64,000 nt of DNA from Deltaproteobacteria bacterium (lineage in GTDB: Bacteria; Myxococcota_A; Polyangia; Fen-1088), in NCBI GenBank assembly GCA_033763315.1, contig JANRKS010000007.1, forward strand, positions 256,001-320,000. The letters run 5' to 3'. Positions 31,760 through 40,512 of the stretch are shown here, piece after piece; the first letter of the stretch is position 1, and every line of letters begins with the position of its first letter. The notes under the pieces were generated by a model. The model did no database searches and was not told where the DNA came from. It was given only the letters and a program-made list of their open reading frames with translations. The translations under genes and the position numbers were made by a program.

Positions 31760-33127
31760 CTAGCCGCCAGCCGCAGCCATGCCGCCCGCCGTACCGCTCG
31801 CGCTCACGCTTGCGGACACTGAGATCGAGACGCTCGCAGACACCTGAACGGCCGAAAGAGCGTTGGCCGCGTAAGAGGCCGCCGACGCCACGCAGGCGCC
31901 CGCTTGCACGCCCGCTTCGCCCACGCTTGTGGCCAAACCGTTGAGCGCGGTCGCGTAAGCTGAAACAGTGGAGCCCGCCACGATGGCAGCGCGTTGGCTT
32001 AGCTTCAAGATCTTGCCGTAGTGAGCCTTCAACGTGTTTACAACGGCCGTGACCTTCACCGGATCCACGATGGCGCTGGCGGCGATTTCCACCGACAACT
32101 CCGGCTCGGTGCACATAGCCTCGCAGCTGGCCTTCGCGTTACACGTGGTCTCACAGGTCTTCTCTTCACGCATCACCTGGACCTCTTCACACACAGGCGG
32201 CATCACACCGCCCGCAGTGCAGCTGCCACGACAGCCACCAGTGCACGTGGCGGAACAGCCACCTTTACATGTGCCCGAGCAACCACCGCGGCATGTGCCC
32301 GAACACGCGCCTTTCACGTTTGTGCGGCATGTGCCGTTGCACACGCCCGTGGCGGTCAAAGCGCCTTCACATTCGCCCGCACAGGTGCCATCGGCGGCCG
32401 GAGCAACTGAACATGTGCCATTGCATTTGCCCGCGGCATCGAGCGCCACGTAACATTTGCCTTCGCATTTCGCGCTGGTCACCACGTCGCAGCTGCCACT
32501 GCATTCGGCCGAACATGAACCCGTGCAGCCAAGCTGGCACGAGCCTTCGCAGGAGCCACCACACGTACCTTCGCAGGTGGGGTAGTAGATCTTGCCAGGC
32601 TTACACATCAGTTGGGTTTCAGTCACCGTCATCGTTTCACACGTCTGCAAACACGACAGACGAGCCGACGCACTCACCGTGCAAACCGCAGGCTTGTAAA
32701 CAACGTTCAGATACGCGTTCAGCTTCAAGTTGGCGCGCAAGGTTGTGTCGATCTGCTGAGCCACGCGCTCGCAAGCCGCTTTCGTTCTTGCACCCGGGGC
32801 CAACATTTGGCCGGGGGGTGGGGCCGCAGGTTCAAGCTGTGCGGCGGGAATCCCGAGCTCGGTCGCCATCGCGGTGCACTCGGCCAACATCCCCGTATCG
32901 ATCTCGGTCGACGCTTTTACGAATGCCGTCGTGGCATCCAACACAGTGTTCACACGTTTGCCCACTGCCGTCAGACCATAATCCGAACGCTTACCCGTCA
33001 CGGGGTCATACACGGCGCCCGAACACAACACATTGCTGCCATCTTCATTGCAACCCGCCACGCCAAAACTCAAGCCCACGGCCACTGCCGCCAAGGCCAC
33101 ATAACTTGATAGGTATCGATGCATCAT
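31760..33127 (-). CDS. Cys-rich myxobacterial lipoprotein (CxGxC repeats)
   Basis: Lipobox VAGC; 38 Cys by my count, helical flanks and a C-terminal VSASVSISVSASVS strand. Confidence 0.85.
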   Translation of the reverse strand: MMHRYLSSYVALAAVAVGLSFGVAGCNEDGSNVLCSGAVYDPVTGKRSDYGLTAVGKRVNTVLDATTAFVKASTEIDTGMLAECTAMATELGIPAAQLEPAAPPPGQMLAPGARTKAACERVAQQIDTTLRANLKLNAYLNVVYKPAVCTVSASARLSCLQTCETMTVTETQLMCKPGKIYYPTCEGTCGGSCEGSCQLGCTGSCSAECSGSCDVVTSAKCEGKCYVALDAAGKCNGTCSVAPAADGTCAGECEGALTATGVCNGTCRTNVKGACSGTCRGGCSGTCKGGCSATCTGGCRGSCTAGGVMPPVCEEVQVMREEKTCETTCNAKASCEAMCTEPELSVEIAASAIVDPVKVTAVVNTLKAHYGKILKLSQRAAIVAGSTVSAYATALNGLATSVGEAGVQAGACVASAASYAANALSAVQVSASVSISVSASVSASGTAGGMAAAGG

Positions 33128-33229
33128 TTCCGAGGACTCCTTAGATTACGTCCGGGGGCACTTTACAGGAGCCCGCCAAAGTAAGCGACTTTCGCCGCGA
33201 CCCGCGTTCACGGGTCGATCCTTGGACGC

Positions 33230-33409
33230 TCAGCCGCCGAAAAAATTTGGGTTCAGCAGGCGGCCCAAACCCGTCATCGCTAGCAACGCGCCGGCCGGAG
33301 CCAGCAACATGCCCACGTAACTCAAGGGCCGCGCGCGCCCCAAGGCGATGCTAACGCCATAGCCTGCGCCCACGATTCCCGATATGAACAGAAAAGTACC
33401 TACAAACAC
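33230..33409 (-). CDS. Small two-TM membrane protein (59 aa)
   Basis: Translated by hand from GTG: MFVGTFLFISGIVGAGYGVSIALGRARPLSYVGMLLAPAGALLAMTGLGRLLNPNFFGG. Below the ORF-track cutoff. Confidence 0.6.
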   Translation of the reverse strand: MFVGTFLFISGIVGAGYGVSIALGRARPLSYVGMLLAPAGALLAMTGLGRLLNPNFFGG

Positions 33410-33475
33410 GAAAGATCTCGAACGGGTACCTTAGCCCAATGGCAACTGGTCGGCAGCCATGTAAAGTGCGGCGCC

Positions 33476-34534
33476 ATGTCCGATTGTTTTACATTGATAC
33501 TCGCCGGCGGTGGTGGAACCCGTTTGTGGCCTGTGAGCCGCCGGGCGCGGCCCAAGCAATTGCTGGCTCTGGGGGGCGACGAAACGCTGTTGGCAGCAAC
33601 CTTTCGCCGTTCATGCGATTTGGTCGGCGTGCAAAATTCGCTGATCGTTACAGCTAGTGATCAAGCGGAAGCGATCGCGCACGCGATTCCCAATCTGCCG
33701 CCGGAAAACCTCATTGTTGAACCCGCGGCACGCAATACCGCCCCCGCGGTGGCCTTAGGCGCGGCGGCGGTCGCCCGGCGCGCGGGCAACAAAGCGCGCG
33801 TGGCCGTGCTGCCCTCGGATGCGTTCATCGGCGATGAGCCCGGCTTTTTGCGCTGCGCGCGCACGGCCCTCGATCAAGCCTCTCACGCCATCGTCACGAT
33901 CGGCCTTCACCCGCTGTCGCCTGAAACTGGCTATGGATACATTCGCCCCGCCACTGCCCTCACCGCCGACGTCTTCGAGGTGGGAGCGTTCGTTGAGAAG
34001 CCAGACGCCGAAACAGCCGTTCGCTACGTCAGGGAAGGCTTTTTGTGGAACGCGGGCATGTTCTTCATGTCTGTGGAAACGCTGTTCGCGCAGGCACACC
34101 AACACTTGCCGCTGCTGGGACAGGTTATAGATGCGTTGCTCAACGGGCCGGACTTCCACGCGGCGGCAGAGCAGCACTACAAACAAGCCCCTGCGATTTC
34201 GATCGATTTCGGCATCATGGAAAAGGCAAAAGGGTTACGTGTGGTCGCAGGCAGCTTCGCGTGGAACGACGTGGGCAGCTGGTCGGCCATGCCGGCCGTG
34301 CGCGCGCCCAACGCCGAAGGAAACGTGGTGGTGGGCGCCGCCGTGGCCGTCAACGCGCGGAACAACATCGTTTTCTCCGACGCAGGCGCGCCACTCATCG
34401 CCGTGACTGACGTCGACGATCTTGTGATCGTCGCAACGGCTGACGCCATCCTGGTCACCCGACGGGATAAATCGCAAAACGTGCGAAGTGTGGTGGACGC
34501 CCTGGGGAAACAGGGCCGCGGCGACTTGCTCTAG
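33476..34534 (+). CDS. manC: Mannose-1-phosphate guanylyltransferase
   Basis: Motifs LAGGGGTRLWP.SR..PKQ, EP.ARNTAPA, PETGYGYI, FVEKP, WNAGMF and WNDVGSW. Confidence 0.93.
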   Translation: MSDCFTLILAGGGGTRLWPVSRRARPKQLLALGGDETLLAATFRRSCDLVGVQNSLIVTASDQAEAIAHAIPNLPPENLIVEPAARNTAPAVALGAAAVARRAGNKARVAVLPSDAFIGDEPGFLRCARTALDQASHAIVTIGLHPLSPETGYGYIRPATALTADVFEVGAFVEKPDAETAVRYVREGFLWNAGMFFMSVETLFAQAHQHLPLLGQVIDALLNGPDFHAAAEQHYKQAPAISIDFGIMEKAKGLRVVAGSFAWNDVGSWSAMPAVRAPNAEGNVVVGAAVAVNARNNIVFSDAGAPLIAVTDVDDLVIVATADAILVTRRDKSQNVRSVVDALGKQGRGDLL

Positions 34535-34597
34535 CTGCGAATCACGCATCCTTCCTTGTTCGCTCGGCCACGGGGCTGCTAATCTGGCCGCCTTTCC

Positions 34598-35998
34598 ATG
34601 GCACCTTCGCTTACAGCAATGAACCCGCGTGTTTTTCGTGAGTACGACATCCGTGGGGTCGCCGAGCGCGATTTCCCATCTGACTTCGTGTTTCAGCTAG
34701 GGAACGCCATCGGCGCTCACTTTCGTGCGATCGGCGCCAAGACCGTCACGTTGGGCCGCGACGCCCGCCTGTCATCGCCTCGCATTCACGGCATCATCAA
34801 AGACCGCCTCTTAACGGCAGGCCTTGATGTCATCGACGTGGGCATCGTGCACACGCCGGGGCTCTATTTTTCCGTGTTCCATTTGGAGGCGGACGGCGGC
34901 GTTATGATCACCGCCAGCCACAACCCGGGTGAAGACAACGGCTTTAAGATCGTGCGCGGCCGCAGCACCATTTACGGCGACGAGATTCAGGAGCTTAAGC
35001 GTCGCATCGAAGAGGGTCGTTACACCGAATCGGCCAACGCCGTGCCTGGCACCGCCCGCGATGTCGATATCCTCACGCCCTACGTGGAACACATCTTCGG
35101 CAATTTGCGATTGGGCGCCAAGCGTCCCAAGGTGGTGCTGGACGCTGGCAACGGCACAGGCGGGTTGTCGTGTTTGCCCTTGTTGCGAAAGCTTGGGTTC
35201 GACGTCGATCCACTTTATTGCGATCCCGATGGTCGGTATCCAAACCACCATCCTGATCCTACGGTGGCCGAGAATATGGCGGATCTCATTGCGCGCGTGC
35301 AAAGCACCGGCGCCGAGGTGGGCATCGCGCTGGATGGCGACGCCGATCGCATTGGCGTGGTGGATGCGCGCGGCCGCATCGTGTGGGGCGATCAGTTGAT
35401 GATTTTGTTCGCGCGCGAAATCTTGAAAGAAGTTCCCGGTGCCACATTCGTCAGTGAGGTGAAGTGCAGCCAGGCGCTTTACGACGACATCGAACGCTTG
35501 GGGGGCCGCGCGATCATGTGGAAGGTGGGGCACTCCCTCATCAAAGTGAAGATGAAGGAAGAGCACGCGTTGTTGGCAGGCGAAATGTCTGGCCACATGT
35601 TCTTCGCACACCGCTATTTCGGTTTCGACGACGCTGTCTATGCGGCCGCGCGGCTCATGGAAATGCTGTCGCAGTCGCCGAAAACTTTGACTGAGCTTGT
35701 CGATACGTTGCCCGTATTGTTCAACACGCCCGAGATTCGCCTCGACTGCCCCGATGACCTCAAGAAAGAAGTCGTTCGCCAAGCGGCAGCCCACTTCAAG
35801 CGCGATCACGCCGTCAACGAGATTGATGGCGCGCGCATTCAATTTGAGGGCGGCTGGGGTTTGGTGCGCGCCTCGAACACGGGGCCCGTGTTGGTGCTTC
35901 GCTGCGAAGCCGATAGCCAAGCGCGCTGCGACGCCATCCGCGCGACGTTGGAAGCTGAGCTCGGACGCATTCGCTCGTCGCTGCAGAAAACCAGCTAG
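34598..35998 (+). CDS. Phosphomannomutase/phosphoglucomutase (AlgC/ManB type)
   Basis: Motifs FREYDIRG, TASHNP, DGDADR, GEMSGH and RASNT. Confidence 0.94.
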   Translation: MAPSLTAMNPRVFREYDIRGVAERDFPSDFVFQLGNAIGAHFRAIGAKTVTLGRDARLSSPRIHGIIKDRLLTAGLDVIDVGIVHTPGLYFSVFHLEADGGVMITASHNPGEDNGFKIVRGRSTIYGDEIQELKRRIEEGRYTESANAVPGTARDVDILTPYVEHIFGNLRLGAKRPKVVLDAGNGTGGLSCLPLLRKLGFDVDPLYCDPDGRYPNHHPDPTVAENMADLIARVQSTGAEVGIALDGDADRIGVVDARGRIVWGDQLMILFAREILKEVPGATFVSEVKCSQALYDDIERLGGRAIMWKVGHSLIKVKMKEEHALLAGEMSGHMFFAHRYFGFDDAVYAAARLMEMLSQSPKTLTELVDTLPVLFNTPEIRLDCPDDLKKEVVRQAAAHFKRDHAVNEIDGARIQFEGGWGLVRASNTGPVLVLRCEADSQARCDAIRATLEAELGRIRSSLQKTS

Positions 35999-36019
35999 GC
36001 AGAGCCCCCGGGGCGGCAA

Positions 36020-36044
36020 CGGGGGTCAATCTACTTGACCCCCG
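36020..36044. other. Perfect inverted repeat between convergent genes
   Basis: CGGGGGTCAA-TCTAC-TTGACCCCCG. Confidence 0.7.
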
Positions 36045-36421
36045 GGCCACCCGTTCCCGTTTGGCGCTCACCCACCCCGCCACGCCCGGCCCACGGCGCC
36101 ACCGCCCGACCAAACACCCGCCCTATCCGCCCCGTTGCCTCACCAGATGCGCGCGCCCGCCGTCGCCGCCACCATCGCGCATGCACCCCCTGGCCTCGCC
36201 CCTTCCAACCCGCCCCCGCCAGAAATCGAGGCCAGCCTCCGTTCGGGCGTCACTGTAACACATTCGTTCCCGCCGCCAAGGTTTTCCTTGGGGCCCCTGC
36301 AAAAAAACGCAACCACGCCCTCGGGCACGCCCGTATGACCTCAGCCCGCCGAAAAAAGCAACCCAGCGCCCGTCCTCGGTTTAGACGTGGGGCAACGCAG
36401 ACTATTCCCGCAGAGCAGCGG

Positions 36422-37348
36422 TCACTCGCCGGAAAGCCACGCCGCAACCAGGGGCGCGAGGCGATCGAACGCGAACACGTAGGCCAGGGCTGACGCCGCC
36501 AGGAACGGGCCGAAGGGCACCTGGGTGTACCGCAAGGATTCGGGCTCAGGTTCCACCGGCGCCTCAGCTCTCCCCGCCGCCTCGGCTTCGTCCTCTGGAC
36601 CGGCTTTCGTGTGCCCCCGTGTTCGGCGTGCGCCTATGGCCAAGAGCGGCAGGCTCACGAGCACCCCAAGCAAAGACGCGACGAACACCACCACCGGCAG
36701 AGCTTTCCAACCCAAAAGCGCGCCCATCACTGCCAAAAGCTTGCCGTCTCCCAACCCAAGGCCTTCTCGCCCACGCAAGTAGTAATACCCATCGGCCACG
36801 ATACGCACCGCCAGATATCCAGCCACAAGACCAATGGCTCGCTCCTTCCAGGGCGCCATGTGCAAGGCAAACGCCGCCGCAAAGAACACCGCGATCGACG
36901 GCAAGGTGATGACGTCGGGCAAGCGTTGCGTATCCAGGTCGATGAACGAAAGCACCAGGAGCACGCCCGAAAATGCAAAGAAAACCGCAAAACGCGCCAA
37001 ACGGATGCCGACGTCTGTTTGCGGATCCTGCTGCACAAATTGCCAATAGAGCAGCCCACTGAACACCGCCATCAGACCCTCAACCCACAGATACCGCGCG
37101 GAAAAGCCCGCACCACACGCGCGGCAGCGGCCACGCAACCACAGGTACGAGAGCAACGGCACGTTGTCGTACGCCTTGACAGGCGCCCCGCACGAAAAAC
37201 AATGCGAGCCCGGATGCACCACCGATTTGCCCAGCGGAATGCGCGCAATGCAAACGTTGAAGAAGCTTCCCCAAAGCGCGCCCAACAAAACGGCGAACAC
37301 CAAAGCCAGCGGTGAAGCCAAAACGACGTTTGCGAAAGCAGGATCCAA
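36422..37348 (-). CDS. pilD: Prepilin peptidase/N-methyltransferase (A24)
   Basis: Motifs GSFFNVCI.RIP, CxxC...CxxC, SFIDLD...LPD, GLGDGKL and PFGPFL. Confidence 0.93.
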   Translation of the reverse strand: MDPAFANVVLASPLALVFAVLLGALWGSFFNVCIARIPLGKSVVHPGSHCFSCGAPVKAYDNVPLLSYLWLRGRCRACGAGFSARYLWVEGLMAVFSGLLYWQFVQQDPQTDVGIRLARFAVFFAFSGVLLVLSFIDLDTQRLPDVITLPSIAVFFAAAFALHMAPWKERAIGLVAGYLAVRIVADGYYYLRGREGLGLGDGKLLAVMGALLGWKALPVVVFVASLLGVLVSLPLLAIGARRTRGHTKAGPEDEAEAAGRAEAPVEPEPESLRYTQVPFGPFLAASALAYVFAFDRLAPLVAAWLSGE

Positions 37349-37455
37349 GCGAGCTCCAAGTTACCACCACCTTGCCACCCGCGCGCCGGCGCTCAACGTT
37401 TGCCAGGCGCCAGCCTTCCTGTCGTCCGCGCGGGCTGCTAGAACCCGGGCCTTCG

Positions 37456-38370
37456 ATGCAAGGCTGCGTTCCCTCACCCCACCCTAGCCGCCCACCGCGG
37501 CCGGCGCTTTGCCTGGCGGCCTCGCTGCTGGTGGCCTCGCTGTTTGCGGGTTCGTGCCGCAAATCATCCCCTTTCACGGGCGAAACGACAGAGGCCACAC
37601 CTGCATCGCTCTTGGGGGCGCGGGCCGTGGCGTCGGGATTGATCGCGCGCGGCGGCGCCGAGATCAATGCCACCACTCATTTTCGCATCGTGCCCACGCA
37701 GGCGGACGGGTTGATGGGCGAGCAGGACATCACCACAAACACCGTCGTGCGCTTGGGGGGTGATGGTCACTATTCGCTGCACGAGGAAAACAACCACGAC
37801 GGTGGGCGCGACGTGTTCTTCACGGGCGACGAGATCGCTGTGAAGCTTCGGTATGGCAAGTTGATCAAACGCCCAGTCAGACCACCTGAGCCGATGCAAG
37901 TGCTTGAGCAAGGGTTGGGAGGGCCGGCGGCCGCATGGGAGGTGTTTCGCGAATACGCACAAATACAAAGCGGCGAGGCGACGGACACCATCACGGTGAA
38001 CCTCGCATCAACCAAGTCAGAGGATGAGACGCCAAGGCCGTCGTCACCCTTGGTCGATTGGCGCAAAACCGCCGTGCCAACGGAACTCAAAGGCAAGCTG
38101 CGCTACTTGCGCGCCACGGCCTCCGCCCCCGCCGTTTTGGTGGCGGCCGAGCTCACGGGTCGCTTCACAGCCCGCACCACCACGGCGGGAAAAGTGCATG
38201 AGGTGCAGGGTTCCATACAGATCACGTTTGCCGCCCGTGACGTGGGCAAAGCCACGGCGGAGGGCATGCCGGCCGAAGCTGAAACAGCGTGGATGCGCCA
38301 ACGTACGATTTTAGAAGAGCGCGCGCTGCTTGAAACGGCCGGCGCCGCCAAAGCCGGCCTTCCGCCTTAA
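37456..38370 (+). CDS. Hypothetical lipoprotein
   Basis: Hydrophobic signal with lipobox AGSC and a beta-rich body. Start uncertain. Confidence 0.65.
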   Translation: MQGCVPSPHPSRPPRPALCLAASLLVASLFAGSCRKSSPFTGETTEATPASLLGARAVASGLIARGGAEINATTHFRIVPTQADGLMGEQDITTNTVVRLGGDGHYSLHEENNHDGGRDVFFTGDEIAVKLRYGKLIKRPVRPPEPMQVLEQGLGGPAAAWEVFREYAQIQSGEATDTITVNLASTKSEDETPRPSSPLVDWRKTAVPTELKGKLRYLRATASAPAVLVAAELTGRFTARTTTAGKVHEVQGSIQITFAARDVGKATAEGMPAEAETAWMRQRTILEERALLETAGAAKAGLPP

Positions 38371-38391
38371 ACCACGCTAAGGTAGCGTTGC

Positions 38392-39252
38392 ATGGCGAAC
38401 CCCAAATTGCCCGACGTGTTGGAGGCCGAACCCGTAGAAACGCGGCTGCAAACCGGGCGGTGGAACCACCTCGCCGACAACCGCGGACTCATCGTTCGCC
38501 GTGCGTTGTTGTCGAGCGTGATCAGCGGCGCTGTGCCTATTCCTGTGCTTGATGACCTCGTGGCGGTCCGCGTTCGAGCAGGGCTTTACATGAAAATTGC
38601 GGATCGCCGCCACGTGGGGCTGCCCGCCGCCGCGGCGGAAGTTTTGGCGGAGGCCAAGGAAGCCTCACGGCTGCGGAACGTCACAATGACCGCAGCCACT
38701 TTGGTGGCGATGAAATTGGCGTGGCGGAAAATGTTCGCGCTCATGGCCGTGGGCCGTGGCGCCGACGACGCGGCCACAAACTTTCAGGCAGGCCTGCTGT
38801 TCGACCATTACTGCGCGCGTCTGCACGTGGGCCCGGCCTTGGATCGCACCCAGGCGGCAGCGTTGCGTCGGGTGATTCACGAAACGGTCGCCGCCTCCCA
38901 AGGGCAAGCTCTGGTCGCCATTTTCCGCGACGGCACGCGCACCTTGGGGCGCTCGCTGCTGCAGGCGCCGCGCTGGTTGGCCGAACGCCTCACCGCTTTG
39001 GCGCAACGCTGGGTGCAAACCAGCGGCAACGCGGAAGCCACGTTCGAAAACGTGAATCTCGAGGTGGATGGTGAATTGGAGCGCAAATGGTTAGACAAGG
39101 CCGCTGCAGCGGTTGAAGCCCAAATCGCAGGGTTAGGGCAAGGATATCTGGACGTCTTGGTGCCGCGCTTCGAGCAGGCTTGGGCTATAGCCGCGGCCAA
39201 ATTGAACAATCCCGCGGCCACACCACCGCCAACGGTGCCAAACGTCGATTGA
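38392..39252 (+). CDS. Hypothetical protein (DUF697-like helical)
   Basis: GAVPIPVLDD motif; long ORF co-oriented with rsfS. Confidence 0.6.
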   Translation: MANPKLPDVLEAEPVETRLQTGRWNHLADNRGLIVRRALLSSVISGAVPIPVLDDLVAVRVRAGLYMKIADRRHVGLPAAAAEVLAEAKEASRLRNVTMTAATLVAMKLAWRKMFALMAVGRGADDAATNFQAGLLFDHYCARLHVGPALDRTQAAALRRVIHETVAASQGQALVAIFRDGTRTLGRSLLQAPRWLAERLTALAQRWVQTSGNAEATFENVNLEVDGELERKWLDKAAAAVEAQIAGLGQGYLDVLVPRFEQAWAIAAAKLNNPAATPPPTVPNVD

Positions 39253-39286
39253 GCCAGGGTCCCCCGTCTGGTAGCATCGCGTCCGA

Positions 39287-40093
39287 GTGACCTCCAAATC
39301 CGGTAACAGTCGTTCTTCCTCGAGTTCCGCAGACAAAAGCGCCCCCGCATCGGGACGCGTGAAACTGCAAACCTCTGGCACAGCGCGGGCCGCTGCGGCG
39401 GCTGGCGCCAGCAAACCCGCACGGTCGAGCGGAAACAAGAAGACCGAGGGCGGGACAAGCAGGACGGCGGGCGCGAAGAAGCCTGGCAGCAAGTCCGAAG
39501 GCACCTCAAACACTTTCCGTGCGCCTAAAGCCGCCGGGCCCAAGCTGGTGAATAAGCCAACAGCCAAGACGGCCACCACGCCCGCGACCAAGACGGCAAT
39601 AAGAAAGGCCGCCAAGGGTGGCCAGCTTCAAAAAGCCAAGAAGCCCAAGGACGCCGACGTCGCCGAGGCGCAAAGCCCACGCGACAAAGAGCGCCGTGAA
39701 TTGGCGTTGTCTGCCGCCGAGCTTGCCATCGAGTCGGCGCTCGACAAAAAGGCCGTTGGGCCCGTGCTTATCGATGTTTCAAGCCAGGCGAGTTACACCG
39801 ACTACATCGGCGTGGTCAGCGGCCGCAGCGATCGCCAAGTGGAAGCGATCGCTGATCACGTCGCCGTCACGATGAAGAAGGCCGGATTCACCTTGGTGGG
39901 CCGAGAAGGCACCAACAATGGCCGTTGGACCTTACTCGACTTCGGCGACATGATTCTGCACATTTTTTACCACCCCGTGCGCGACGTTTACGACATCGAA
40001 GGCCTATGGGTGGGTGCTGCCCGGGTGCCGCTCAAGAATGTGCCGCCTGAGGCGTTGCACTTTCAGGGCGACGCTTTGTACGCGCCGTCGTGA
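39287..40093 (+). CDS. rsfS: Ribosome silencing factor RsfS with long basic N-terminal extension
   Basis: Motifs DKKA, SGRSDRQVEAIAD, WTLLDFGD.ILHIF and YDIEGLW; lies upstream of rlmH. Confidence 0.9.
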   Translation: MTSKSGNSRSSSSSADKSAPASGRVKLQTSGTARAAAAAGASKPARSSGNKKTEGGTSRTAGAKKPGSKSEGTSNTFRAPKAAGPKLVNKPTAKTATTPATKTAIRKAAKGGQLQKAKKPKDADVAEAQSPRDKERRELALSAAELAIESALDKKAVGPVLIDVSSQASYTDYIGVVSGRSDRQVEAIADHVAVTMKKAGFTLVGREGTNNGRWTLLDFGDMILHIFYHPVRDVYDIEGLWVGAARVPLKNVPPEALHFQGDALYAPS

Positions 40094-40512
40094 AAATCAT
40101 CATTCGTGCGGTCGGCAAAATGCGCGACCGACGCATGGAAGAGTTGTGCCGCGAATATTTGGATCGCGCGCGACGACACCTGCCCATCGAGGTGCAGGAA
40201 GTGGCCGACGACGCGGCCTTGCGGGCGACCGTGGGCACGGCTTCCGAATTCGTGGCGCTGGACCCTGCGGGCGAAGCCTGGAACACAGATGAATTCACGC
40301 GTTATCTAGACAAGCACATGGTGCATGGCACGCGCACGCTGGTGTTTCTGATCGGCGGCGCTGAAGGTTTAAGCGACGAGACACGCAAGGTGGCCGCGCG
40401 CAGAGTGTCGTTGTCGATGCTGACGATGCCGCACCGCTTGGCGCGCGTTGTGTTGTGCGAACAAATCTATCGATGTATCTCGAAACTGCGCGGCGAGCCC
40501 TACGACAAGTGA
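40090..40512 (+). CDS. rlmH: 23S rRNA pseudouridine-1915 N3-methyltransferase
   Basis: Motifs MKIIIRAVGK, FLIGGAEG, LTMPHRLARV..EQIYR and PY. Confidence 0.92.
   Translation: MKIIIRAVGKMRDRRMEELCREYLDRARRHLPIEVQEVADDAALRATVGTASEFVALDPAGEAWNTDEFTRYLDKHMVHGTRTLVFLIGGAEGLSDETRKVAARRVSLSMLTMPHRLARVVLCEQIYRCISKLRGEPYDK

Noticed and set aside
34811-36019. 402-aa antisense ORF
   Set aside because: It shadows the PMM/PGM gene and has no recognisable motifs; long antisense frames are expected at high GC.
36035-36493. Pro/Arg-rich ORFs in the gap between the PMM gene and pilD
   Set aside because: The composition reflects C-skew; there is no SD or recognisable domain.
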